A stretch of DNA of 64,000 bases from the human T2T-CHM13v2.0 reference genome, Homo sapiens, in assembly GCF_009914755.1 (NCBI RefSeq), contig NC_060929.1. The stretch is one strand, 5' to 3'. How positions within the stretch are numbered: the first letter of the stretch is position 1; each line of letters opens with the position of its first letter. The notes below the pieces were generated by a model. The model was given only the letters and a program-made list of their open reading frames with translations. It was not told where the DNA came from and did no database searches. Shown here piece after piece: positions 21,382 to 35,046 of this stretch. A program made the position numbers and the translations under genes.

Positions 21382-24300
21382 GCAAGTATACCTTCTTTTT
21401 TCCCTCTCCCTACTCAGCTTTCAAAAGATGTTTGATTCTTCAGATAACTTTTGAAATGTGCTATAAAGGGCCTAGTTTAAAAGGAACTTCTTTTGAAAAG
21501 CAATTAACAGTTGATAAAGGATTAAATAAAAATTATCTAGTAAGGAATTTCTTATTGGAATGTAAACGTGGTTCTAATTTTAAATAGACAGTGATATAAA
21601 GAATAAAAAGTAAACAGTGAAATTGAGTTCTCCAGGGAAAAGGCAGACCTGTTTAGTAAAAAAAGGATGCTTTTTTCAGTGATGTCTTTTTTTGAGTGCA
21701 TATGTGTGTGACTCTTGAAGAAATCCATGTTCAGATTTATCAGATGATTGAAGTGGGTGTTCTGAATAAAGAAAGCTGTGAGGCCTGAGGCAGTGACGTA
21801 TCAGGAAACATATTTTATTGGAGATTTGGAAGCTATAGTAAAACATAATGGCAATAAGCCAACTTCCCAGTGGTAAACCCACAGTGGTGGTTTAGTTACT
21901 AACCTCTTGATGACCGAGGAGGTTAATAATTGGATATTGCAGAGCAGCAATATGTAACCTGTGTGTAATCTCAGGGCCTCAGGTTAACAGTTTCAGTCAG
22001 AAGCTAAGAGAAACACTGACAAAATTTAGCTTACCATGACTAGCTGCCAGTTTATGTGGTCTGTGTTCGTTTGTTTTAAAGAAACTAATACTGTACAGAG
22101 ATCTTTGACACCAACTTCAAGGCACCAGTGTTTAGTGCAAGCAGGTAGAGAGGACCTATGAACTAGGTTTCTAATTGGCAGTCAGTGCTAATTCAGCCAT
22201 TAGTAAGTAAAGTCACTTTTCCACTAAAATAGTGTCCCGACTAACCACCTCCTTCCGTGTCTTTTCCAACCACAAAACCACACACATAGACCATCTCATC
22301 TTACTTTATTTCTTGCATTTATTGTATCCAAAAAAATTGGTTTAGTTTTTTAATGTAATTGACAAGACTCAAGCTTTTGAAATACTTACGACTGTTCTCT
22401 TGATTCCAGGACACCCTCCCCTGTGTCTAAACATGTGTGGTATACTTTTTAAATAAATTAAAGCTTATTTTACTTGGCATTTTGTGGAGGGAATTTTACA
22501 ACACCTCGGGAGATATCTGCAGACACCCTGGGGTGTCACAAATTTAAGACTAGAAGTCATTGCCCTAATCAAAGACGACTGTTACACTGGTCTAGACATC
22601 TTAGGGGAACTCCAAAATGTTTATACTTCAACTCTCAGTAAAAGCTCAAGCTTGTCTTTTGCCTTACCAAATTCCATATCTCAAAATAAACTTTTCTCCC
22701 TCTGGTTTTTGTATGTACTCAAATCATTTTTTTATAAATATCTCAGAATATGTATTTGCTATAAATTATATATAAAGTTATAGAATTATGAAGTTATAAG
22801 AGAAACGATGGCCCCAAATCCATCATTACTGCAGAGTCATATGGCACATGAAAGCTGGGAATAGTCTTTGGGTAACTGAAAGAAGGCAGTCCATTGAGAA
22901 TGGAAAAAGTCATCAATTGTGCAAATAATTGAGGACTTGGCAGAGTGACCTTCGAACAAAACTATAGAGATTAATCAGAGCTTGTAAATGGGGAAATACT
23001 CATTCTCTTCACAAGAAGCAGTATTCAAATTTTATTCTTCATGCCTTCCATCCGGTCATGTCACTTCTGTTATTCAGTCTTTCAGAATTCTATTGTTACT
23101 GATTATGGTGAAAATATGTGGGGGATAACCTTATGAATATTGCTATATATATGGAACAGTTTACACTGAAGTATTTAAGATCATTTTATTTCAGTTGAAT
23201 TCTGTTGTAATTTTTAGCAAATAAATAAAAAGGACAATCTTGTTTTCTCCCTCAGTTTGGAATAAGGATCAAAGGTTTTACCCATTCAAAAAAAGTTGGA
23301 GAAAGTGGTCCTCTGACATAAATTCAAGTAGATGATGAGAATGCTTGGTCTTTAATTGCACTATTGGAAGGTATTTTCCCACATCTGGTGACCATGCTGT
23401 TCAGCAGCAAACTATTCTGTAGCCTCACTTCACAACCTCTAGGAGTTGTTGGGTTTGGTTCCCCATCCCCCTTCTCTTTGTAACTCTCTCCAAAGCCCCA
23501 TAAGCATCTGGAAGGTTGCTCTTGAAGACCTGTCTCAATACTAGTATGACGTGTGCTGGTGAAACCAAAGAAAGGCCTAAATCTTACAATACGTTCCTTT
23601 TACCCAGCCAGGACCAAAATAAAACCTTTAAAAACCTTCAGCACAAAAAAGTGGTGGTGATAAAAATAAAAACAATAAGAGGCATAAAAGTGCTTATAAA
23701 ATAAGTTCTAAACAAGATCTGAAATTTTCCCTTAATGTCTACCACCATACTTTCTTTAAAAAATCTTTTGAAAAATTTTTTCATGGAAATCCCAGCTTTA
23801 CTGAGAATTTAAGCAAGTGCATAGACCAGTTGTTGGGTAACCTAGTACTGTGCCTTGTAGATACCAGATCATCCTTGTGTGGTCAAGTGTTTTTAATAAC
23901 CCACGTGCTCAGTGCCACTAGATTGAAAGACTGATGTCATTGGCTAGCTGGCCAGCTGTGATACTGAAATTTTCGGAAACATCCATTCATTTCGCTCCCT
24001 TTAACACTGCACTGAAGCACTAGACCCCAGGGTATTTTGCTCAATGAGGCTACTAAGACAGCTTCTCAGTCCTGGGAACCTGGCCTCTTGAGCAAGCCGT
24101 CTTCAAGCCCAACTTTGTGAGCTCTGCCTGTTCCTAGGTACCCCCCTTTTCCTTATCACAAAAAGACAAAGTGGGGGAAAAATCTAAACACCATAGAATG
24201 AAATGAAGTCACCCGGGGCCATATATTAGCTAAGCCTTTTCTTTTTCTCTACATGGCAAGCAGTGAGTTCAAGGCAGACATGCCTGCGGTGCTTAATGAT

Positions 24301-27300
24301 GTTGCCTCATCTCCCCTGGTCTACTGTTTTCTTCCCCACCATGGCCCTCTCCTCCCCTTCCTTGGGAAAGGTAGGGTTTGTTTTCCTGTTGGTCATGGTG
24401 TGCACAGGTATGCTTTCTCAAGGCCTCTGTGTTTTTAGTTTTGCCCTGTGCCTGCCTCCCTCTCTTTGGAGGAACCTGTGCCAGTTGGCTACCTTGCCAG
24501 GTAGATGTGTTTCTGAAGGGGAAGCCAGGGCTGGTTTTTCATCTCTCCACCCCGGGGGCTGCAGGGGTGTCTGGCACACACACATACCTCGGCTGACATC
24601 CACATCAGCTCTGGGCCATCTTCCCCACCTTTGGCTGTGAGAGGCGGCTACAGGCATGTAGGCACTCAGAATGAGATGAGAGGGACAGGCTCTGAACTGG
24701 CAGAGTTAGCTACACTGAGAAGAAAGGCAGGTTTTGTTTTGCAGGAGGAAGTAGCCCACCCTTCACAGGCTCCAGAGAGGGCACATGTCAGTAGTTGTCC
24801 TGTGCCTCACACACTCAAGATAAACCAGATGATCTGTTTTGAGGATGCTTGACTTCTTCCATGTTATTTTTGCCAACCTCTCAGTCTCAACTCTTGTTCA
24901 TTCATTCTGTGGATCTTTATATCTCTGTTTAAGTGGGTTCAATAAGAATCTGTATATGCCATGATCACAGAAGGTGATTGGGGAATAAATTTTTTTATGA
25001 AAGATTCTGCACTTTGCAAATGTATTCCCAATAGCATATATTAAAATTGCCAGTCTCCAGGGAATTCAAAAGTATTCCTTTTTCAAAAACAATTCTGAAA
25101 TTCATTTATTATTAAGTTGCATACCTAAACAAACAATGGAAATGTTTTTAGTAATTATTTTTGTACAAGTAGTTTGAATGCCTTCATTTTATTTTTCCTT
25201 TTGTTTTAATGTGGTTGTATCCTTTTTCACCACTCTTGCTTTCTTATTCTATCCTTCCACCTCAGTAACACAAAATAAAAAGTAGGAGTGGAGACTGGGG
25301 ATGACAACAGGTCCTACTGCAGATCTTCTGCTACACATTTTACTGTGCCTCACCCTTGAGTGAGAGAAGGTAGTTTACCTTAAGGCGTTTGAATTTGGGA
25401 AAGGGCTGTGCTCATCGTACTTGACCAAGCAAGATGACTGTTAGGCAGATGGGCAGATGCTCTGAGGTGCCTATCTTGTACGTTTTTGGTGCTGCCAACG
25501 GCCACCAGCTCCTGGCAATCCTATGGGCAGCACTCATCGCCTGTCCAAAGCATAGTAGCATACCCATCATGCATTATGGATAGTCTAAATTCCATACTTA
25601 CCCCTGAATTTCAAATTCTGTAGCTACTTTCTTGGGAATTCTTGAAAATTTCCGCTGGTTGAAGATACTAGAGATGTAGAAAGACTTAGTTTGGTTTGCT
25701 TTTGGTTAATGTCTTCTTCAAACTCTGTAACCTACAGTTTTCCATTGTAAGAAACACCATTACCTTGTAGGCTCCTAGAGCATGAGGTAGGTCTGCTTTC
25801 TGGTGCCCCTTAGCAGGGAGTTATTGTTCTACAACAGCATGTGGGCATGTAAACCAGTGTTCTGGGTCATTCTTTGTTGGTTACAAAATCAGAACCAGAC
25901 ATGCCTGCATTGCAACAGCTTTCAGTTGTCATTTTAAGTATATCTCTGCATAAGGTTTGGAAATCTGTTCTCTGTTGACCCCAGACCTAGTACATTTATT
26001 GTAGCTAAGTTTTTGCAACCCATTATGTTTTTAGCATCTTTATGGAAACCATGTGAGCTACATAGTGTTTATCATTATTTTTCTGGACTAAGGGATATGG
26101 TTCTTCCATTGATAGGTCTGTGTTTTGAATCTATGGACACTGTTCTTGCATGCAGTGTTATAAAGAGGGGGACGCATGGTATTTGTGGGGGAAAAATAGA
26201 CCATTTTCCCTCCACAAGGAAACTGCAACTCTCTTGGTGATACATTGTAACTAATTCTTATAATCTGAGATCGCTCTTTATTTTTGTTACAATTACATTG
26301 TTGCATGGGTAATTCTTGGCATCTCTTTGAGATTTGCTCCTTATTGTGACCCTCCTTGCTTTATGAAGATGCTAAGAAGTTCTGACTGGTTGAGGCATAT
26401 TGGGAACAGATGGAAAGGATTTTGCAGTTACACCTCCCTGCTTAATGTAATTATTTCCCTGATAATCATTCTCTGATAAATGTATGGTTAATTTGGTGCT
26501 GCATTTGAAACAGAAGGTACTAAAGGGCCCACTGTGGGAGATGTAGAGGTGAATGCAGCCTTTGCCTCAATCTAAGCACATAACTAAAATTTGCAGCAGT
26601 TGGTGGGAAAGCACGGGGTTTGTGTGTAAACCCAGCATTTTCAGGGTTCTTTTCACATTGACAAGCTGGTTCCAATTGATGTTATTCATTTAGCAAGTTG
26701 GCAGGGGTGTCAAGAAGAGCCAGAAGAGTGGGCTGCTACAAAGGCCTGTCCCACGCTAACACCCCTCCTTGCCAAATCATTGTCTTTACTCCCGGGATTT
26801 GGCACAGTCTCTTTCCACCTCCCACAGTAAGAATGCTCACCTGCATCTGTATTTCCTCATCTGCATACAACCTAGCAGGGCCTAGAACCCTGGCTCCCAC
26901 TTTTGAAAGACTGCTGATCTTTGATGTTATACCAAAAAGCTTTCTAGAATTTGACTGTCATAGTCGCCAGTTCTTAATTAAATTCATTTTCCAGAGCCTC
27001 ATCTCATCTTTAAAATTCTCATAAAAGCATATGTTAGCTATTTTTACCTCCCTGAATTTTTTTATTATAGAAACAATATTGAAACATTAAAAGCCAGGTT
27101 TTCAAAAGAGCAGAAATCAGCTGTAGTTCCAGGTGGCAGTCTAATTATTTGTCCTTTTCTATTTATCATGCAGCTGTTGTGCATACTGGATTATAAGATC
27201 TTAGGCCCAGGAAGTACTCAACTTTGCTTTATATCATTTCAGTAAATTGCCTGGAGGTGAAAAGGTTTCCAAGTGGATGTGGGGAAAGGAAGCAGAGAAA

Positions 27301-30300
27301 AATGGGGAAATTGCTAGCTGTGTAATGAACCTATGTCTGAAAAATCATTTTGTAAGATAAATGAGCTACCTGTTTATTCTTTATGCTATACTTTTCAAAG
27401 AAGATTTGCCTTTGTTTCATTCATACACATTAAAAATTCTGGGTAATGAGTCTTTTACCATCTTTCTAATCTCCCTGACTGTGCCACTCCTTCTGTCCCA
27501 GATGTGGTTTGGAAGGAGGAAGAGACCTTCAGAATGCCCCCCATTTGTAAGTGAAATTAACCCAGCGCCTGTCCCTGTGTGAGCCAGGCAAGATTCCGTG
27601 AGGGTGCTATGGGGCTCTGCTGCTTTAAAACAAATCCACACTCTTCCATAGTTTAAACCAGAGGCATGAGGCCAAGTCTGATACACAGCTGAGAGTTAGA
27701 ACTTGTTTTTCTGTCACATTTCCAAATGTCTGCCTGGTTAAATTTTCTTTGAGTCAACATTTTGAGGGGAAGGGGTGAGAAGGAAGCATTGGATGTTTGG
27801 TCCTTTTTTTGTTGGCTTCTATTAATGCTAACCAGTTTCTGCTCGTGTGGAATGTGGCATATAAAAAGTTACCTACATTGTTGAACAATGAAAACTGCTA
27901 CCTTATCCATTTTGTTTTTATTTGTTTTGACTGCAGTAGAACTTGCTCTTCCACTGTTTCGAATTTTGTGTTCTTGTGGGTGGGGTAACTTAAGGACTTT
28001 TCATACTGACAAGGAAGCTGGCCAACTTGTCAGTAAGTAATAAAAGAAAAGCTAACATACATCTAAGTTACAGACTTTAACTGGACAGCCTTGCAGTGAA
28101 ATCACAGTGCTATTGGGTCTAGAAAGAAGTTTAGGTGAAACTGGTTCTATGGAGAGAGGAGTTTTTTATGCCCCAGTTAACTGTTTACTTTAAGAGTTGG
28201 AGCCAAAAGAACATGGGGGTTCTTTCATGTTGGGACACAGCATGTATACTGTGAATAGGATGATATGACACCATCTAAAACTCACTTCTCATCTGCTCTG
28301 CATGTGCTCCTGAAATGGGGGTCAGTTTCCATTTAAGACATGTGTGTGCATGCACAGATGTACATGCATGTGCTTTTACATGGTATCGAGGTCTTCCCCT
28401 CACCCTACCAAGGAAAATGCAGACATAAAGATATTGTTTTGTAGGATTTCGGTTAACTCACTTCTTGAAATGCATGGTAACCATTCTAACCACTTCATTC
28501 CTGAGTTCTCATGGGTCTTTTCTTTTTCAGAGTGTGAGTGTATTGTGAAGATCTTCAAGCCCTTTTACTTTTTTTGCTCACCTCCCAAAGCTGAAAAATG
28601 ATCAAAGAGCCTGTGGTTTTCTAATCCCATCGGTTTGGAGAACAGCTGTGCTGAACCTAGGCCCAGAGCAGGGCCTCGGGTCTGTAGTCCTGCCACCTCT
28701 CTCTACCAGGAGAGGGAATGCCTGAAGGGAAGACCTGCTAGGACAGATTCGGCTGAGAGTTACTGCCACCAGCCCTGGCTCTCACCTTTCAGAATATTTT
28801 TAGCCTCTAGTCTGAAGCAAGGTGGCAGCCTAGGCCTATAATACTGTCCACACAGGCCTGCCTTCATATCTGGGCATATAGTGAGTTCCTACACTTGCTG
28901 GCCTCCTCACAATGTGGAGTCCGAACACAACAGACAAGCTAAGGGAGAGGTTCCATTTGGAGATTTTGGAGTGACCAAGACTTACAGGACAAAGGCCTTT
29001 CCTCATGCTCACCCTAATACAAGGAAGTTGGCGAATTTGCCTGTCTCTGTGGCTATTTATGCTTCCAGCATTCACTGTCTTAATTGTACAGAAATTACTC
29101 TTGGGAAGCAGCATTTTTGTGCCTGTTCCTTTTATGTGTCTTCCTGGGCCAGCTTCCCTTTCATTCTCGTTTTAGCCACTGAGCTTGATGCTGCTTCTCT
29201 AGACCACCCTAGCTGCCTTCAGCTCTGCGTGTCCTTCCCCTCTGGTTTGGTTTCTTCATTCTCTATCTGCTGCCAAGTACCCCTTCAGCAGCCAAGGCAG
29301 CCCCTGTTTTTGCATGTATTTATTACCTACGGCAACACTGAAGAATAAGTTTGGTCCATTCCATTTCTCTGGATCCTGTAAGTGCTCCAAGCTCTGTGGA
29401 AAAAGACATGAGGATAGAGAAACTGATACCTCTTTTTAAGGTAGCTGATTTTTTAGTCTCATTCAAGCCCTAAAAGGAGTCCACAGTATGAGTTTTAATC
29501 TGCCACTCACCTCGTAAACACAGGTACTGTCTTACTGTTAGTATCTTGTCCTAGTCCAATAAAATTGTTTAACAAAATGTATTTTTGTGGATCTTAAGTT
29601 GAGCTTCCTGTAGATATTTGTTTTATAAGATATTTGATATGTAGGCTGAGTGGTGATTGTAAAATTACATCCCAGTTCATTGAGTTCATAGCTTCCTAAC
29701 AGTTTTTTTCATAATTTTTAAAGGAAAATTATCAATGACATCAAGTATTTTCTAGTCCATTATTTTTTCTTAAATATGGCATATATAAAAACTCTCCTGG
29801 GTTTTGCATGAAATTGTTCAGAAAGAGTTATTCTAAATCAATATACCTCTTTTCCCCCCTCGAGAGAGAGACAGAGTTCTCCCCAGTTTTTATGTAACCA
29901 GGGGACAGTTGCCACCCCGCGTGGACAGAGTACCTCTGCTCTGGCCAAAATCCACACTTCAGAATTACCCTGGCGGGTAGGGAGGAGTGGGACCAGGGAA
30001 GACACTTGAAGGAAGGTGCTTTCAAAGGCCTCTACTTCCTTTAGGTGCTTCAGAGCATCCTAGTCTCTGACTTCGTAACATTTAGAAAAATTGACCCTTG
30101 GAAGTAAAATTTGGGTTTTTTAGGAATGGAGAGAGAGCATGTATATGTTTTTCTCCTTTGAAACATGTGCTCTTGTTGGAATGGTTTCTTTTTTGTTCAC
30201 TGGGGAAGACTGTAGAGGCTGCATGCTGTTAACCATGTGTTAAGAGTAAAAGGGGCTGTGAGCACCGTGGGCTTATTCTCCCTTAGAGTCTTCTATTTTT

Positions 30301-33300
30301 CAACCTATCATTGCACCCAGATGATATGGCAAAGTAGACACATCAGCTAATTATATGAAATAAAATTCATCGACTTCTTTGACACTGCAGAATTTTAACC
30401 AGGTGCATATCAAAATTATGTTTTCATGTGTTTCAAGCTAGTTTCTGTGCCTCTTCAGTTTAGTTTACTGACCAGTCTAGAGTCCAGAGATGAGAGCTCC
30501 TAAAGTCTGGCTCTCATGTTTTGAGGATTCCAGAAAAGTCCTACACTCACAGTGCCAAATGGCCTGATTAAACACAGATAAATGTTTCTTCCAAAATATA
30601 TTACGCACAAGTAGTCAAGGTGCACAGCCATTTGAGAAGTCTGCTGTTTTAAAACCTGTTTGTGGCATTTTGCAAGGCTGCTGTGCTTTGGATAGATATC
30701 TCTGTACCTCTTGGCGAGGCAGTACCTGTGTATTTCCCTCTTTGTTGGCTACCTAATTTTCATTTAATATGTTTTTTTTTTTTCTCCCGGTGGAAAGGAG
30801 AGGCAGGTGCCTCTTAAAATTATTTCACAGCAAACCTTCGTAAGTTCTTATTGCCTATTTCATGTAGAAAGGTTGATTTGTAGCTGCTGTCTTTCTCTTC
30901 CTAATAAACCTTGTGGGTGGTGAAGATCTAGGAGAGTGAAACATTAAAAATGAATGAAGAGAACTGAAGTAGTTTGTCTAAGGTGGGGGTTGAGAGGGGC
31001 TGGGTGGAGGAGGTTTAACAAAAGGCATTGATGTTTTAAATGCACAGAAATGCCATCTATCAATAATAAATGGTGTGGCATAGAACAGATGTGCCAAATT
31101 GAGTTATGACAGCATATAGATTAGTTCATAGAGGGGAAAAGTAAGTAGCATAGCTAACGTTTTTAAATTATCTGTGAGCTTTTGAAATACAATTTTATGT
31201 ATTCAGTTTTTACTTTCTAGTGGCTGCTAGCTGGAAATATTAAAAGTTTGGTGTTTTTTAAAATTCCAATTAAATTGTGCTTGTTTCTAAAGTAAGAATT
31301 AAGAATGAATAAATTTTGCTTTTCTGAAGAGGAAGACAGTCTGAAATGAATTTCTTGCCCTTCATTGGCTGAGTACTTGCCTTTTAAAAGCTCATGTTGT
31401 AATTGTTATGAGGAATGAAAGTGCATTATAAAACTTAAGTCATGTGAAACTATTACCCAGTGTTTTCTAAATTTACATTGATTATATCTCTAGGTACCTG
31501 CTCAGTGCATATTTAAACTACAAGGGACTACTCAGGAAACCCACTCATGCTTTACAATCAATTCACCCCCCTCAGCATTTTGATTCAAGGGATAATTCTA
31601 CACATATGCTCTGTGTGAGAATTACCTTGCTTGGTTGGGAAACAACAAGAGAAATATCCACTTGTCTCACAGCAAATCACTACTAGTAAATTGGAAAGAC
31701 AAATCTTTTAGGTTAACTAGGATATTTTGTAGGTGTAGATACTAGAGCAGAAAACAAGTTTTGAGCTTCTAGATAGGTAGGAGTTATTGTTAATGTCACT
31801 GGCATAGCAGAGGACAATACTGTGGGAGGTGTTTGAAATGAATCCTGAGTTCCTGAGTTGGAATTGGTGTGCTTAATGAAAAAAACAGCCGTGGTGAGAC
31901 ATATGGAACCATTCCACTCATCTCAATATGGACCCTTGCTTGCTTTTTGGAAACTTGTTTGGAATCGGTTATCTTTGCTTTGTTGGCCCAACACAAGTAA
32001 ATCCTCTTTGTTTTTCCTAAGGTGAACAAAAAAGTAGTTCTTGCAGATAATATCAAGTTGGTTTAAATTTTAGGTTTGTTAGACTAGAAAGACGAATTAT
32101 TTAGCCGTCATTGAAGAGTTTAATCTTTGAGTAGATGTTACAGGTGAAAATGAGCATAGTGATTATATAAAAAGTCTATTACTAACTCTTATTTTAGCCA
32201 TCTGTATTGTTGACTTTCAACTTTTTCAGGTGCAAAATTTTCTTGAATCAATCTTTTCATCTCCAAGGGATCCCAGCATGCCTTAAAAAAAAACACTTGT
32301 CAACGGATTTTAGAGCCACCAAATAAATCTATTTTATGGTCCCGTTAGATATCTAGCTCAAAACCCCCATTCACTCTGAAAGGTCCTATGGTTGGATGCA
32401 CAACAAATTTCCTGAAATCATCTCTGATGCACCTCCTTTGGGTTGTTAAGAAGGTGTTGAAATGTGAGAAGGCTGGTAGTGAAATCAAGTTGTGGCTCAG
32501 GGTAATTAGGAAGGGAGAAAACCCAGCATTTTCATAGTACATTGTCTGGCTTTTAGTTGCAGCTGCACACAGCGGATATGAATTTAACCGGTTGCTACAG
32601 TGCAGCTGGTTCAGATCTGGCTTTATAACTGGCTGAAGTAAAATGAAATGGCTGGAAAATTCCAGTCAAGTAACACCAGTGGGAACAAGTGGAATTAAAT
32701 AGTGTGAGCAAATGCTGGCCGAGTTGGAGAAAAACTTAAGACATAAACTTGAGGGTGGTGGTGAGGACTTCGGGTGGGCAGGCGGGGGGAGGGGGGTGCA
32801 TTTTCTGGTCTTTTTCACAAGGGTCTATTGTTTCGATTAGTTTCCTTGCAGGAGGTAGAAGGTTTCCTCCATCCCGAGTAATTCATAGAGTGTTTGGCTT
32901 GTCTACCTTCCTCCTGACTGAAGTCACCTGATACTTTTTGTTTTTTCAAGAAGGAAGAGAGAACCCTGTTGCCTCAGTTACTAGCAATGATACAATTCTC
33001 AAAATCTGGTCTTTTTTTGTTTCTTTGAAATAGTTTCTCCATGTTGTGTGACACAGCAGCCCCTGTCTTATCATAGTTGTCTTCCCTCCACCACCTGTAC
33101 CAGAGATGTTGGATATGTTGGAGGTGAAGGTGTGCAAGGTTTTTAACTAACTGTTCTAATTAAAGGATTCTGCAGGAAAGAACATGGGTTTACAAAAGAG
33201 AAGCTTTTGTATTATTAGTAATTTTTTTTCTTTGATGAATTTATGTGCTTAGTTTGGAGAATCGAGAGTTGGCTGGGAAAAGATTTCTGAGGAGTTAAGG

Positions 33301-33614
33301 GACTCTGGTGCTGTTTGGGAAAACATTTGCTGTAACTAGGTTTAGGGTATTCAGTCTCTGCCAGTGCTTAGGAGCTATATTTGCCAGGTGATTTCCCTGT
33401 CGCAGGGATTAGCCAGTGATGTGAAACATTTGATTAAGGGACTAATAGAAATCTTTCCTGGGGTACATGAGTGGTGGCTGTTACTGGGGTGCCCCCTCCT
33501 CAACTCTTTCTCTCTGTATTTCGAGTAAGTTTGTAGTGGTGAGTCATGGGATACAGTTTTTTAATCCTATGAAGAATCTTGGTAGGAAGCAAAGTTCTGT
33601 TAGGTATATTGTTA

Positions 33615-34085
<471 letters not shown>

Positions 34086-34377
34086 CCGATATTCTGATAG
34101 CAACACTGCTCACTTGCTCACTCTTTCTCTTAGGAAAGTAAAAAAGTTTTGTCTTGATGCACAGATTTATTTAAACTTTAGTTCTAAATATATAGGACTT
34201 TAAAAAATATTTTCTGAAAGTGATATCCATTTTTGAGGTGCAAGCAGTTGGGTCCATTTTGGAGATTCCGCCTTAAGCCATTCAGCTTCAAAATGGCGGG
34301 GAGCTCTTGCTACAGAGGGTTACCCCGTTCTGCTTCCTTCCCATTCTGTTAAACCTTGTACATGCTCCTTCCCACAG

Positions 34378-35046
34378 ATCACTATTATCTTCAAAGCCCA
34401 CCATGAGTGTACAGATCAGAAAGTCTACCAAGCTGTGACAGATGACCTGCCGGCCGCCTTTGTGGATGGCACCACCAGTGGTGGGGACAGCGATGCCAAG
34501 AGCCTGCGTATCGTGGAAAGGGAGAGTGGCCACTATGTGGAGATGCACGCCCGCTATATAGGGACCACAGTGTTTGTGCGGCAGGTGGGTCGCTACCTGA
34601 CCCTTGCCATCCGTATGCCTGAAGACCTGGCCATGTCCTACGAGGAGAGCCAGGACCTGCAGCTGTGCGTGAACGGCTGCCCCCTGAGTGAACGCATCGA
34701 TGACGGGCAGGGCCAGGTGTCTGCCATCCTGGGACACAGCCTGCCTCGCACCTCCTTGGTGCAGGCCTGGCCTGGCTACACACTGGAGACTGCCAACACT
34801 CAATGCCATGAGAAGATGCCAGTGAAGGACATCTATTTCCAGTCCTGTGTCTTCGACCTGCTCACCACTGGTGATGCCAACTTTACTGCCGCAGCCCACA
34901 GTGCCTTGGAGGATGTGGAGGCCCTGCACCCAAGGAAGGAACGCTGGCACATTTTCCCCAGCAGTGGCAATGGGACTCCCCGTGGAGGCAGTGATTTGTC
35001 TGTCAGTCTAGGACTCACCTGCTTGATCCTTATCGTGTTTTTGTAG
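34378..35046 (+). CDS. RGMB: RGMB coding exon 3 (C-RGM domain, GPI-anchor signal)
   Basis: Acceptor ctccttcccacag| at 34377; ITIIFKAHHECTDQKVY...SLGLTCLILIVFL, stop TAG 35044-35046; 136+509+669 nt = 437 aa + stop; hydrophobic C-terminus. Confidence 0.97.
   Translation: MTIIFKAHHECTDQKVYQAVTDDLPAAFVDGTTSGGDSDAKSLRIVERESGHYVEMHARYIGTTVFVRQVGRYLTLAIRMPEDLAMSYEESQDLQLCVNGCPLSERIDDGQGQVSAILGHSLPRTSLVQAWPGYTLETANTQCHEKMPVKDIYFQSCVFDLLTTGDANFTAAAHSALEDVEALHPRKERWHIFPSSGNGTPRGGSDLSVSLGLTCLILIVFL

Noticed and set aside
34288-34950. 220-aa minus-strand ORF
   Set aside because: Antisense shadow of GC3-rich RGMB exon 3; no independent promoter, splice or homology evidence.
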